Of a stretch of 64,000 nt of DNA, positions 26,838 through 37,507 are shown piece by piece. Made by a program: the position numbers and the translations under genes. This DNA comes from Bdellovibrionales bacterium (GTDB lineage Bacteria; Bdellovibrionota; Bdellovibrionia; Bdellovibrionales; JAUICD01), in NCBI GenBank assembly GCA_965197425.1, contig CBDANC010000014.1, positions 160,001-224,000 of the forward strand, in the 5' to 3' direction. The stretch's first letter is position 1, and each line of letters begins with the position of its first letter. The notes under the pieces were generated by a model. That model had not been told where the DNA came from. It ran no database searches and saw only the letters and a list, made by a program, of their open reading frames with translations.

Positions 26838-29486
26838 TTATTTAAAATTAGACCTGTATTCAAAAGACAGCAAAGTTATGTCATCGAATTGTGGAGCTTC
26901 TTTTATAAATCTTGTAACATCAAAAGCTACTGATTCTATAATTTCTTTTGGGTTGTTAAATTCTCCACTTTTTAATAGGGTTATTAGTCTATCTTCTCCA
27001 TAAAATTCTTGTTTGTTGTTTTGAGCTTCAGTAACTCCATCTGTGTAACAGATAATATTATCTCTTTTTTCAAGAGATATATCTTGGTGTGTATATTCAA
27101 CATCATCAAAAATACCCAATACTGGTCCGTCTGTATTGTTAAGAATCTTAAGTTTACCATCTTTTTGTTTTATCATTGGAGGGTTGTGACCTGCGTTTGT
27201 GAGTTCCACTTTTCCAGATTTAAGGTCAACCACGCATAGTACAAGAGTAATAAAAACACACCATGAATTATTCATACATAATTCTCTGTTTACTCTAGTT
27301 ACAATTTCATGTGAAGTGTAAACCTGTTGATCTATAACCTTATTTATCATAGCTTTGGTGGCAGACATAAAAAGTGCTGCTGGTATGCCTTTTCCCGAGA
27401 CATCTCCCACTGAAAAGTAGAACTTATCTTGATTTAATCCAATATAGGAAAAGTCATAAAAATCTCCAGACACCATTTGTGCTGGTTTTAGCATGGCATC
27501 TACAGAAAATTCTTTTGTCTCTATAATATCAGGTAGCATACTCATCTGAACCTGCTGCCCGGTGGTAAGATCTCTTTTCACCCTATCTTGTTGTCTTTTT
27601 ATTGTTTCATAAGTTTTCGCAAGCTCATCGTTGGTGCTTCTTAGCTTGGTACGATTTACTGCAAATATAGAAAACAACATAAGAATTAGTACGACTGTTA
27701 TTGTTGAAGCGTAGACAGTGTGCATGCGATATGTATCAAAAGCCCCAAGCGCTTCACCTGTGCTAATTTCTCTAATAAGTCCGAAATTGTGAATGTTGCT
27801 CCATTTCCAAGAGCCAATAACACTGCTTGCTAGGTAGCTTGTGTATGGAGCTGTTACATTTTCATTAACCTTGTTATCAATAACACTTGCAACTGATTTT
27901 ATCAGTGGGGATTCCGGGTCCTTGGGATTTGTGCTGATTCTCAGCCCTATTGCTGAACCACTGCTCTCTTTGATATCTTCTTGTTGCACAAACTTTTCAA
28001 AAGATACACTTTCTGTTATCAACAAACCATCTGAATTAACTAAATAAAGTTCACCTGAAGAATCTAAGAATGATCTTTTTAAGATTTTGCTTACCTCACT
28101 TATTGGTACAATTAGTACCGTCAAATATGTGTCATTTCCTATATCAGATGTGGTACCAAACATAAGCTCTATCTTGTCGCCAGTTAATTTAGGCGCGGCT
28201 TTATCATCATTTAGGTTATAGGCATTGATACGTAAAGTTGTAAGCCTTTCTGACATCTCTGCTGGCAGTTCAAATTCTTCATCTACCTGCAGTGCTGTAT
28301 TACTTGCAACTACCTTACCTTCTTTAGTTAGTACAACGAACTTACTGTTGGAAGGTCCTCCGAATGTGTTCATTCTTTTTTCTATAGCTAGGCTTAGTTC
28401 AGAAAATTGCTGTCTACTTATTAATCTGTTATTAAATCTTTCTTTTATTACGTATTTTACATTGTCAGCTAAAATAGACGTTTCGAGTGTTTTTAGTTCT
28501 GTCCAGTGAGTCAATGAATCATATGCAAACTGTAGATCTATTTTTAGCCTAGAGCTTAGATCTTTGTTTGTTTTTTCTTGTACTTCACCAATAAACCACC
28601 ATGAAACCATTACGGTGGCAAAAATAGCGGTAAAGGTAGCGGTAGCAATTGGCCACGATTCTATGAAATTAGCTTTTATAAAACTTAAAAGATCTTTTTT
28701 AGTGATTTCAGGTTTTTTTATTTTTTTATCCCGCATGAGATATATAGGGAATAGGGAGAGTACTAGTACCAAAAGCACAGACAGTCCCATTGACATATTG
28801 AACAAAACTCTAAGTCTATCTTGCTTTTTTCTATATAGACTCTCTTGCAGGCTTATTCTTTCTTCAACTAGATCAAAGAACTCCAAGATAGGACTCATGA
28901 CCGCACCCTTAGCCTTGTTGTATTCTTGACTGTAAAGTAGTGATAGAGCTTTGTTTTTGTTGGACTCACCTTTTACGGTATATTTACCTTTCCTATCTTT
29001 ATACAGACCTGCCATGGTATACATAGCTTCTTTTTCTAGCTCAGATAGCTCGTATGAATTTCTCTCACTTTCTTTTAATAGCTCCAATTCCATGTCTGTT
29101 AGGTTGGCTTCTCTTAATATGTCTAGGTAAGAAATGGGATTTTTTGAAATTCTGGGAAGATTTCCTCCTTCTGACAAAACGATGTCCCAATAGACCTTAT
29201 AGTATTCTTCAGGTCTGGATATCATTCCGTATCTTATATCTAGGATTTCTTCAAAATAATCTTTGTATGATTCATTGCCAGTTACAACATACATTCTGGC
29301 CATTTTGGTTAAATCGTCGGAGGTCTGCCTCATGGTATCTGCCAAAAGGTAGTACCCTCTCTCATCTTCTGCTATTTTTTCTAGTTGCCCTTCATAATGT
29401 ACAATTTTACGGGATATAAATAGACTTATTACAACCAACAAAAAAGCTGAGAGGCCTATTAATATTTGCCCGTTTCTGAGGGACAC
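26838..29486 (-). CDS. Membrane sensor SpoIIE/RsbU-type PP2C phosphatase, copy 2
   Basis: Full-length paralogue of 23872-26523 with near-identical phosphatase domain. Confidence 0.92.
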   Translation of the reverse strand: MSLRNGQILIGLSAFLLVVISLFISRKIVHYEGQLEKIAEDERGYYLLADTMRQTSDDLTKMARMYVVTGNESYKDYFEEILDIRYGMISRPEEYYKVYWDIVLSEGGNLPRISKNPISYLDILREANLTDMELELLKESERNSYELSELEKEAMYTMAGLYKDRKGKYTVKGESNKNKALSLLYSQEYNKAKGAVMSPILEFFDLVEERISLQESLYRKKQDRLRVLFNMSMGLSVLLVLVLSLFPIYLMRDKKIKKPEITKKDLLSFIKANFIESWPIATATFTAIFATVMVSWWFIGEVQEKTNKDLSSRLKIDLQFAYDSLTHWTELKTLETSILADNVKYVIKERFNNRLISRQQFSELSLAIEKRMNTFGGPSNSKFVVLTKEGKVVASNTALQVDEEFELPAEMSERLTTLRINAYNLNDDKAAPKLTGDKIELMFGTTSDIGNDTYLTVLIVPISEVSKILKRSFLDSSGELYLVNSDGLLITESVSFEKFVQQEDIKESSGSAIGLRISTNPKDPESPLIKSVASVIDNKVNENVTAPYTSYLASSVIGSWKWSNIHNFGLIREISTGEALGAFDTYRMHTVYASTITVVLILMLFSIFAVNRTKLRSTNDELAKTYETIKRQQDRVKRDLTTGQQVQMSMLPDIIETKEFSVDAMLKPAQMVSGDFYDFSYIGLNQDKFYFSVGDVSGKGIPAALFMSATKAMINKVIDQQVYTSHEIVTRVNRELCMNNSWCVFITLVLCVVDLKSGKVELTNAGHNPPMIKQKDGKLKILNNTDGPVLGIFDDVEYTHQDISLEKRDNIICYTDGVTEAQNNKQEFYGEDRLITLLKSGEFNNPKEIIESVAFDVTRFIKEAPQFDDITLLSFEYRSNFK

Positions 29487-29678
29487 TAACCTTTCCTCCT
29501 TTTTTATAAAATTTAATTTTACGAGTAGTGTTTAAAACTATCAAGATGTATTTTAAGAGGTGGTATTGGAGATTAATCAGGTGACTATATATGAGATAGC
29601 ACATTAGATAAGACATCAATGTATATTGTATATAGTGATACTTGTTGTAATCTCAAAGTAGAATGCTTGTGTGGTTGT

Positions 29679-29755
<77 letters not shown>

Positions 29756-29884
29756 ATGATATTATACCTTAAGTATGCTCTGTGATTTTTTAACGAGTTA
29801 ATACTCTGGCCCTATTTAAGTCAACATTTTAATAATTTTGTGAACTTTAAGCTTTTTATAGAGATGTTTTTACACTCTAGATTT

Positions 29885-30874
29885 TCATGGTGATCTTGTT
29901 TCTTGGCATATTTTATACATAGTTTTTGCTAAGTCTGGGCATTCGTTTAAACATGGAATATATACAAATTTTTCTCCTCCTAGCTCCAAAAATTTTTTTC
30001 TATAGGTTATATCTATTTCCTCCAGAGTTTCTAAGCAATCTACTAAAAAAGAGGGTGATACTACTGCTAGTTTTTTAATTCCTTTTTTGCTCAGTTGTTC
30101 TATTACATGATTGGTGCAGGGTCTAATCCACGGGGTTCGGCCTAGTCTTGATTGAAATCCTACAGAATATTTATCTTTCATACCTACACTGGCAGCAAGG
30201 TTTTGCGCAGTAAAAAAGCATTGGCTTCTGTAGCACTGTGAAATGACAGATATACATGGATTTTTGTCCAAACATGATTTACATTCTGGGAATTCTCCAA
30301 GAATATGTCTTTCTGGGATGGAGTGGAAGGTTATAAGCAGATGTTCGCAGTCAGACAAATATCCTTTTGTGTGATTCGATATTAGGTTCATGTAGCCTGG
30401 GTTATCATAAAAGCTTTTTACAATCCTATATTCGACATCTTCTGTAATTTGAGTCTTAAAGGCTTTGATAGCGGTTTCGGATGAGCTTAGGGTTCTATGG
30501 GGGTACAGCGGTAGTACCACAATGCTTTTTATACCCTCTTTGATAAAAGATTCTATAGTATTTTTTATTGAAGGTTCTCCATATCGCATTGCTAGCCTGA
30601 TTTTACGGCCCTCGAGGGATTGCATTTGGACTGCAAGTTTGTCGCTATATAATAGTAATGGGCTTTTGGTTTTCCAGATTTTTTTATATTTTAAAGCTCC
30701 TGACTTAGATCTGAATGGAGCTATTATTAGATTAACTAGCAAAAATCTAGTTATAAATGGTAGGTCCAGTACCATTGGATCCATAAGGAATTCTCTTAAG
30801 TATTTATATACTTCTAATCTGGTTGGAGCTTTTGGAGTACCTAGATTTATTAGTAAAATACCTGATTTTCCCAT
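29885..30874 (-). CDS. hemH: Ferrochelatase
   Basis: LLINLGTP, AMRYGEPS, LPLYP, FQSRLG..PW..P, DCLETLEEI. Confidence 0.96.
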   Translation of the reverse strand: MGKSGILLINLGTPKAPTRLEVYKYLREFLMDPMVLDLPFITRFLLVNLIIAPFRSKSGALKYKKIWKTKSPLLLYSDKLAVQMQSLEGRKIRLAMRYGEPSIKNTIESFIKEGIKSIVVLPLYPHRTLSSSETAIKAFKTQITEDVEYRIVKSFYDNPGYMNLISNHTKGYLSDCEHLLITFHSIPERHILGEFPECKSCLDKNPCISVISQCYRSQCFFTAQNLAASVGMKDKYSVGFQSRLGRTPWIRPCTNHVIEQLSKKGIKKLAVVSPSFLVDCLETLEEIDITYRKKFLELGGEKFVYIPCLNECPDLAKTMYKICQETRSP

Positions 30875-31074
30875 TCCTTAACCTGTTATTGGATTGATTG
30901 TTATGATATTTACTCTATATATTATCAAATATTCCTATTAAGTTAGCTTTTCTATTGTGCAACTGCACTAAAAATCATTTTTTTTAACAAAAAGTTTAAA
31001 AAAAAATAGACAAATATTTTTATTAGAATATTATTGTGTAGTGTAGTTGTTTTCTGTCCTTGGAGGGGAATTAA

Positions 31075-31587
31075 ATGGCAAAGAAAAAAAAGAAAAAAGC
31101 AGTAAAAAAAGCTGCGAAAAGAAGAGTTGTTAAAAAAGCCACTAGAAAGGCTAAAAAGAAGGTAACCAAGAGAAGAAAGGTTGCTAAGAGAAGAGTTACT
31201 AAGAAAAAGAAAGTAACTAAGAGGAAGGCTAAGAAAAGGGTAACCAAGAAGAAAAAGGTTACTAAGAAAAAGAAGGTAACCAAAAAAAGAAAGGTTGCTA
31301 AGAAAAAGCCTAAGAAGAAGAAAAGAAAGTCTTCTAGAAAGCCAAATGCGGCATTCATGAAGCCTTTGCAACCTGACGCTGTGTTGGCGGCTATTGTTGG
31401 ATCAAAGCCTCTTCCAAGAACAGAAGTTGTAAAGGGTTTGTGGAAGTACATTAAAAGACACAGTCTGCAAGATTCCAGAAATAGAAGGAACATCAATGCA
31501 GACAGTAAGCTTAAAGCCGTGTTTAATGGTAAAGGCACAGTAAGCATGTTCGAAATGAGCAAGCTTATCTCTAAGCACTTGAAGTAG
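31075..31587 (+). CDS. Histone H1/Hc2-like basic repeat protein fused to a SWIB/MDM2 domain
   Basis: About 85 aa of KKKKVT/KRKVA repeats, then NAAFMKPLQP...LPRTEVVKGLWKYIK...LQD...INADSKL...MFEM. Confidence 0.88.
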   Translation: MAKKKKKKAVKKAAKRRVVKKATRKAKKKVTKRRKVAKRRVTKKKKVTKRKAKKRVTKKKKVTKKKKVTKKRKVAKKKPKKKKRKSSRKPNAAFMKPLQPDAVLAAIVGSKPLPRTEVVKGLWKYIKRHSLQDSRNRRNINADSKLKAVFNGKGTVSMFEMSKLISKHLK

Positions 31588-31600
31588 TGTTAGAGTGAAT

Positions 31601-31630
31601 AAGGGGGGGTTATTTAAACCCTCCTTCCTT
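31601..31630 (+). terminator. Probable intrinsic terminator hairpin
   Basis: AAGGGGGGGTT-ATTT-AAACCCTCCTT followed by T-rich sequence after the stop codon. Confidence 0.55.
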
Positions 31631-31688
31631 TATTATTTTTGTCTTTGGTGATAGTATAGCCTGGTGGTATCTAAGGTAGGTATTTAGG

Positions 31689-32444
31689 GTGACTGTCTTA
31701 TCTGGTGAAGAAATTCAAAAAATGAGGTTGTCTTCCAGACTTGCCGCTCGGGTTTTGGAGCATGTATCTGGTTTTATAAAGCCTGGAGTTAAGACTTTGG
31801 AGATTGATCAGATCTGCCATGACTTTATGTTATCTCACAACGCAACCCCTGCTACTTTAAATTATAGGGGTTATCCTAAATCCACATGTACTTCGGTAAA
31901 CTCAATTATTTGTCATGGTGTTCCTGATGAAACGATTTTAGTTGATGGTGATATTGTGAATGTTGATGTTACCTGTATCTTGGATAGTTTTTATGGAGAT
32001 ACTTCTAGGACATTTTTGGTTGGTGATGTTGAGCCGGAGACTAGGAGATTAGTTGATGCAGCTCAGACAGCTATGTTTAAGGGTATAGAAGCTATTACTC
32101 CTTATGGTACTGTAGAGGATATAGGTTTTGCCGTAAACAGACATGTTACAAGGCAGGGTTTTTATGTGGTAAAGGAGATTGGTGGTCATGGTATTGGTAA
32201 AAACTTTCACGAGGAGCCTTTTGTGCCTTCATTTGGTAAGAAGAATAAGGGTAGTAAGCTAATGCCATTTCATTGTATTACTGTGGAGCCCATGATTAAC
32301 ATGACTGATGCAAAGATATCTGAATTTCCAATTCCTGGTTCAGATCATAAGATATACAAGACTTCTGATGATACTCCATCTGCTCAGTTCGAACATACAG
32401 TAATGGTCACTGACACTGGTTATGAAATTTTAACTATTTTATAG
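31689..32444 (+). CDS. map: Methionine aminopeptidase type I
   Basis: ICHGVP, DIVNVDVT, GDTSRTF, GHGIG..FHEEP, SAQFEHT. Confidence 0.97.
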   Translation: MTVLSGEEIQKMRLSSRLAARVLEHVSGFIKPGVKTLEIDQICHDFMLSHNATPATLNYRGYPKSTCTSVNSIICHGVPDETILVDGDIVNVDVTCILDSFYGDTSRTFLVGDVEPETRRLVDAAQTAMFKGIEAITPYGTVEDIGFAVNRHVTRQGFYVVKEIGGHGIGKNFHEEPFVPSFGKKNKGSKLMPFHCITVEPMINMTDAKISEFPIPGSDHKIYKTSDDTPSAQFEHTVMVTDTGYEILTIL

Positions 32445-32482
32445 AAAGGTTTATTGAATAGATTTTTTTACGAGGATTAAAT

Positions 32483-33835
32483 ATGTCGAATGTACAAGTT
32501 TTGAATTTAGAAAAGTTGGATTTTAGGATTTCTCAAAATGCAATGGCTAATAGAGAAGAGTTCGAGAGATTGAGTAGTTGGGGTAGAAAGGAAATTACCA
32601 TAGCTGAAACTGAGATGCCAGGTCTTATGACTATAAGACAGCAGTATGCTCCAAAGCAAATTTTAAAAGGTGCTAGGATCACTGGTTGTCTTCATATGAC
32701 GGTTCAAACTGCTGTTTTGATAGAGACTCTTACTTTGCTTGGTGCCAAGGTTAGGTGGTCTTCTTGCAATATATATTCTACTCAAGATCATGCTGCCGCA
32801 ACCATGGTTAAAGCTGGTGTGCCTGTGTTTGCTTGGAAGGGTGAGACGGAAGAGGAGTATAATTGGTGTATAGAGCGTACAATTGAGGGCTGGGGTGATG
32901 ATGGTTTTGATTTAATTTTGGATGATGGTGGAGATCTTACCTCGCTTATGCATCAAAAAAAGTATGAGCATATCTTGAAAAATGTAATTGGCGTATCGGA
33001 AGAGACTACTACAGGAGTGCATAATCTAGAGAAGATGTTAAATGAGGGCAGGCTAAAGGTACCTGCTATAAATGTAAATGATTCTGTTACGAAGTCTAAA
33101 TTTGATAATTTATACGGTTGTAGGGAGTCTTTAGCTGATGGAATTAAGAGAGCTACAGATGTCATGATTGCTGGGAAGATTGTGGCGGTGGCCGGTTATG
33201 GGGATGTAGGAAAGGGTTGTTGTCATAGCATGAGAGGTTTTGGTGCCAGGGTGTTAGTGACTGAAATAGACCCTATATGTGCCTTGCAGGCTTCGATGGA
33301 TGGTTATCAGGTTATAACTATGGAAGAAGCTTCTTCTGAAGCAGATATTTTTGTAACGGCTACTGGTTGCTGTAATATTATTACAAAAGAGCATTTTGAG
33401 AAAATGAAACACAATGCAATTGTATGCAACATTGGTCACTTTGACACAGAAATTGACATGGATTGGTTGGAAAGTAATTCGGAGATTGATTCTATTAAGC
33501 CTCAGGTTGACCATCACACTTTATCAAATGGTAACAAGATAATTGTATTGGCTAAGGGTAGACTTGTTAATCTTGGATGTGCAACTGGACATTCTTCCTT
33601 TGTGATGAGTAATTCATTCACTAATCAGGTTTTAGCTCAGATAGAATTATTTCAAAATAGAGATAAGTATAAGAAAGTGGGTGTATATATGTTGCCGAAG
33701 TCATTGGATGAAATGGTAGCTAAGATGCATTTGGAAAAATTGGGTGTGAAACTTACTAGACTTACAAAAGAACAATCTGATTATTTGGGCATAGATCAGG
33801 ATGGCCCTTTTAAGCCTGAACATTATAGATACTAA
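32483..33835 (+). CDS. ahcY: Adenosylhomocysteinase
   Basis: [45 protein letters not shown]. Confidence 0.98.
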   Translation: MSNVQVLNLEKLDFRISQNAMANREEFERLSSWGRKEITIAETEMPGLMTIRQQYAPKQILKGARITGCLHMTVQTAVLIETLTLLGAKVRWSSCNIYSTQDHAAATMVKAGVPVFAWKGETEEEYNWCIERTIEGWGDDGFDLILDDGGDLTSLMHQKKYEHILKNVIGVSEETTTGVHNLEKMLNEGRLKVPAINVNDSVTKSKFDNLYGCRESLADGIKRATDVMIAGKIVAVAGYGDVGKGCCHSMRGFGARVLVTEIDPICALQASMDGYQVITMEEASSEADIFVTATGCCNIITKEHFEKMKHNAIVCNIGHFDTEIDMDWLESNSEIDSIKPQVDHHTLSNGNKIIVLAKGRLVNLGCATGHSSFVMSNSFTNQVLAQIELFQNRDKYKKVGVYMLPKSLDEMVAKMHLEKLGVKLTRLTKEQSDYLGIDQDGPFKPEHYRY

Positions 33836-33869
33836 GAAAAGGTATTGACGCATATATCGATGTTGGGAC

Positions 33870-33956
33870 TATTTTGTCAGATTCAATCAGTGTTGAGGGA
33901 GATGGCATCGTGATAGAAAGCTGGGCAACCATTCGGCCAAAAGATGTTTTGGCTTT
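33870..33956 (+). repeat. Modular element (D-linker-B-stem)
   Basis: ATTCAATCAGTGTTGAGGGAGATGGCATCGTGATAGAAAGCTGGGCAACCATTCGGCCAAAAGATGTTTTGG; matches reverse complements at 6754-6790 and 45043-45082. Confidence 0.85.
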
Positions 33957-34068
33957 ACTTGTGCTTTGCACTAATGCTAGTGCATAACCCATGAGTAAGA
34001 CGCAGAGAACATGATATTATTTCTACCTCTGATTTATAGACAAAACAAAGAGTTTGCGGGGACCTTCC

Positions 34069-34132
34069 GGAACGTAATTCGTCCGACAAAAAGCAAGCAA
34101 GCTCACTTTGTTGTCGGACTCAATCAGTGTTG
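34069..34132 (+). repeat. C-hairpin Y-D module abutting the tRNA-Ser 5' end
   Basis: AACGTAATTCGTCCGACAAAAAGCAAGCAAGCTCACTTTGTTGTCGGACTCAATCAGTGTTG. Confidence 0.85.
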
Positions 34133-34134
34133 TT

Positions 34135-34224
34135 GGAGAGATGGGAGAGTGGTTTAATCCGCACGCTTGGAAAGCGTGTGTACCCTAAAAGGTACCGTGA
34201 GTTCGAATCTCACTCTCTCCGCCA
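34135..34224 (+). tRNA. tRNA-Ser (GGA)
   Basis: GGAGAGA acceptor stem, CACGC-TTGGAAA-GCGTG anticodon arm, long variable arm, CCA end. Confidence 0.96.
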
Positions 34225-34446
34225 TTCATTAAACTTTAACTTACAATACACTCTATTGTGATAAGTTAAGCCTAAAATGGAATACACAACGAAGATATAG
34301 CCAACTAAAATTGTAAAGCATTACAACAAAACCTAATGCTAACATCACTAATTACAAAGTCTTAGAGAGTACAACTACTATACTTTTTTAAAGAAATTTT
34401 GATAAGAAAAACAATTCTATTATTTTAGAATTTGTATAAAGTTGAA

Positions 34447-34536
34447 GTTTTAAAGTGACTGTGCCAGAACGTAAGGTCTACGACAAAAACCAAGCAAGCT
34501 TGGTTTGTTTTCGGGTTCAGTCAGTGTTGATGGAAA
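34447..34536 (+). repeat. Linker-C-hairpin Y-D module
   Basis: TTTTAAAGTGACTGTGCCAGAACGTAAGG...AAACCAAGCAAGCTTGGTTT...TTCAGTCAGTGTTGATGGAAA. Confidence 0.82.
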
Positions 34537-34547
34537 CATGCCTCGCC

Positions 34548-35252
34548 TTAACAAGAAGGCGTAGCATCTCCAAGTAATTCTTCGCTCAATTTACTGTGTG
34601 GTGGGTTGTTTAACAGATAAACTCTTAATAACGCTGTAGCAAAATTTGAACTATACACCGTATATAGTGGTTCATTGTCTAAGAAGAAAGTTACTTCATT
34701 ATCAGATACCAAAATTGTCATTTTCTGACCTTCTTTAACATCCGATAGGACTGCATCATAAAGAGCATTAATATCAAAATTCTCTTCTACATCAAATAAA
34801 CCTTGTTCTTTCAAACCATCTTTCCATTCGTAAGAATCTTTTATTTGATCTTTACTAAGGTCTCTTGAAAAATATATGTCTATTTGTTTATCAGATTCAG
34901 AGTCTATTATTTCATAAGGGTTACCATATATATCATCTGTGTAAAGAGCTGCTACATATACAGTAGCTGTCATACCCCACTTTTTAGCTTTTCTTTGACC
35001 TACACCACTAAGGCTAAGAAAGCCGTTATTTGTTTCGACTCCATCTGGAATTAACTCGTCACAAACCTCTTCATACCTAATAGTCTCTTCAACTATTGTA
35101 ACTTTTCGAATAGTATTAATAATTCCAACCGTGTTCGTTACCCTCACTACACTGTTTCTATAGTCTTCCACACCATCTGCTAATTTTTCTTGACCATGGG
35201 CAACTTGAAAAGATACAGCGAACAGCAAAGATAAAAATAAATGCCTAATCAT
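34548..35252 (-). CDS. Secreted chalcone-isomerase-like protein
   Basis: Signal peptide; LSLSGVGQRK...VYVAALY...FATALLRVYL..NPP..LSEELLG pattern. Confidence 0.7.
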   Translation of the reverse strand: MIRHLFLSLLFAVSFQVAHGQEKLADGVEDYRNSVVRVTNTVGIINTIRKVTIVEETIRYEEVCDELIPDGVETNNGFLSLSGVGQRKAKKWGMTATVYVAALYTDDIYGNPYEIIDSESDKQIDIYFSRDLSKDQIKDSYEWKDGLKEQGLFDVEENFDINALYDAVLSDVKEGQKMTILVSDNEVTFFLDNEPLYTVYSSNFATALLRVYLLNNPPHSKLSEELLGDATPSC

Positions 35253-35698
35253 TTTACACCCCCGTTTAAACCCTACAAACACCTATCAAATCATCTATAA
35301 CTGCAAACTTCGTTCCATAACCAAAGAATCAAGATAAAACAAGTAATTCTAGTAAATTAAGCGATCTAATTATGAATTATAAGTATGTACAAAGATTAAA
35401 CGGCTTTTACTACTTCTCTCGAAAACATCAATATAACTTATTCAAATTATTAGTCTTTTAGAAAGCCGTATTTATAGTTTACAACTGATAATAAACTATA
35501 CATGGAAAATTGATGTTTCATGTTTTTTTAATGAGGTTTAGAACAATATCACCACAATTTCCTCTTATTACCACGAGAGAAACGCGGGTACAGCACACCC
35601 AAATTGAGTTGCACCAACTATACCACAAGCATCCTCAAAGTAGGCAGAGTAACTAAAATAATAGAAATTTTCATTAGCAAAAGTAGCATTTATTGTGG

Positions 35699-35775
35699 TG
35701 GTGGCGGGGGAGGGACTTGAACCCCCGACCGACGGATTATGATTCCGCTGCTCTAACCAGCTGAGCTACCCTGCC
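35699..35775 (-). tRNA. tRNA-Met (CAT), probably elongator
   Basis: GGCAGGGTAGCTCAGCTGGTTAGAGCAGCGGAATCATAATCCGTC...CCGCCACCA; Ile2 not fully excluded. Confidence 0.9.
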
Positions 35776-35844
35776 AAATATCCATAAACCACTACCATAA
35801 TTTCACGACATAGAAAATAACTTATTTCTGTGGGAGCCTCCGGT

Positions 35845-35934
35845 GTTAAGTAACTGTGCAGGAACGTAGGGCAACCACTCGGAAAAAAAAGTAGGCGGAG
35901 CCTCCTTATTTTTTACCTCGTTGGAAGACCTTTA
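35845..35934 (+). repeat. Modular element (C fused directly to B-hairpin X1-A)
   Basis: TAACTGTGCAGGAACGTAGGGCAACCACTCGGAAAAAAAAGTAGGCGGAGCCTCCTTATTTTTTACCTCGTTGGAAGACCTTTA. Confidence 0.88.
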
Positions 35935-35950
35935 TGATAGAATATTACCC

Positions 35951-36454
35951 ATGAGATCATTTGTATTATTTGTATTATTTGTACTAATACAAGCTACATC
36001 TGTTTCTGGTTATTCAGCCCAGAAGATTTTTACGGAAAAACTCGACGATCTATGGCCACTAATAGAAGTTGTTATGTCTAATTATCAAGTTAAGTTAAAT
36101 GATATGGACAAAAGAGTTTTTGAAACTGCTTTTGCCTCCGGAAAAGCAATGTGGAAAGAACCCCAAAGCGAAAAATCATATGTAGGATACAACACAAAAA
36201 TTATTGTTAGACTACTCAAGAGCAAAAAAAGAGAAGCTTACAAAATGATAGTAAAAAAAATTATAAGACATAGACCTAATTTTTTTGATGGCTATAAATA
36301 TCTCGAATCAGATGGAATAGAAGAAAAAGTTATTCTATACAGGATGAATAGAGAACTTAAAATTAAAAAGAAACAAGACAAAGCCAACGAGGAACAAAAC
36401 AAAGCGTCCAACGATGATACATCAGAAGACTCTGGGTTTGGCTCAGACATCTAG
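35951..36454 (+). CDS. Hypothetical exported protein
   Basis: Signal-peptide-like MRSFVLFVLFVLIQA; open frame of 167 aa. Confidence 0.6.
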   Translation: MRSFVLFVLFVLIQATSVSGYSAQKIFTEKLDDLWPLIEVVMSNYQVKLNDMDKRVFETAFASGKAMWKEPQSEKSYVGYNTKIIVRLLKSKKREAYKMIVKKIIRHRPNFFDGYKYLESDGIEEKVILYRMNRELKIKKKQDKANEEQNKASNDDTSEDSGFGSDI

Positions 36455-36839
36455 ACGTAAAATTGGTATTCTACCTGGGCAAAATTTTTAAACGTTGGTA
36501 AAAAATAATAAAATTTACATTAGTATATTGAAATTACCTACCAATTTGATAAAAAAGAATACAGTTATGCTGGTAGTGGATATATATCACCACCAGATAG
36601 AAAGTTGCCAAAGTACAAATATTGCTGAAATATAAAAGTAGTCATATATAAAAATCTCAACGGTTTGTTTGCATTCATTTGTCAGAAAAATTACTCTCTA
36701 GATCTGATATTGAAATTAACACAAGAGTCTGTAGATGAGTGGTTAGAAAGCATGCAAACACAGTTAGAAGTTATAAAGAGTGTTGATTAGTTGGATAGCC
36801 TAAATTTGAGTATATAAGAACTTAAAGGTTTGGTGTTTG

Positions 36840-37457
36840 TTATTTACATTTTTTGCATTCTTCTGGGTTAAATTTAGAACATTTCATACAGTTTAATTGG
36901 ACGAATGTATCTGTTGCAAAACTATAGCGTCCATTGCCCCAAAATTCTATTTTATCTTTCAAACTATAAATTCTGGCCGTACCCCAAACAGCAGTACCAG
37001 GGTTGAAAGGAAAGACCGCAAACTCCAAATGCCCATCGTTATCCAAATCTGCCAAAAATTTTTGCTTTCTAACACGAACAAATGGTACTTCAACCCAATG
37101 TACTACATCACTACTTCTGCGCAAACTAATTCTCTCAACTGCTCTGTTATTTTTATACCTGATAAGTTCTTGATAGCCATATTCATATGGATCTTGTGCA
37201 TTTCTATTGGCAACCTTGAAATGTATTCTTAAACGCTCATTTGCACTGACTCTAATAACATCTCTTGTACAAGGCAAGTCCCCTGCTGCATAGTATGTGG
37301 TTTCGTCTTCAGGGGTACACTTTACAGATACTGTGTCACTTCTGCTACTAACATTTCTTTCTTGAGCATAGGAGTATGTGGAATGAACAAAACTCAAAAT
37401 AATGACTAAATAAAGCATATTTAATTTTATTATACACTTTCTAAACTTTGTAAACAT
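36840..37457 (-). CDS. Hypothetical exported protein with an FG-GAP/Ca-binding-like loop
   Basis: GGAGGG RBS before ATG 37457; hydrophobic leader; ADLDNDGHLE; C-terminal Cys cluster. Confidence 0.6.
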   Translation of the reverse strand: MFTKFRKCIIKLNMLYLVIILSFVHSTYSYAQERNVSSRSDTVSVKCTPEDETTYYAAGDLPCTRDVIRVSANERLRIHFKVANRNAQDPYEYGYQELIRYKNNRAVERISLRRSSDVVHWVEVPFVRVRKQKFLADLDNDGHLEFAVFPFNPGTAVWGTARIYSLKDKIEFWGNGRYSFATDTFVQLNCMKCSKFNPEECKKCK

Positions 37458-37507
37458 ACTCCCTCCTATAATACAATAAGTTTTGCTTGTTTGGTATATA
37501 AAATCAT

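Noticed and set aside
30952..31562. Phe/Leu-rich minus-strand ORFs (30952-31371, 31071-31562)
   Set aside because: Antisense shadows of the Lys-rich repeat gene.
32445..32482. SAH riboswitch before ahcY
   Set aside because: The spacer is only 38 bp and AT-rich.
36455..36839. Gene remnant between two hypothetical genes
   Set aside because: Short coding-like stretches are present, but there is no recognisable family or continuous frame.
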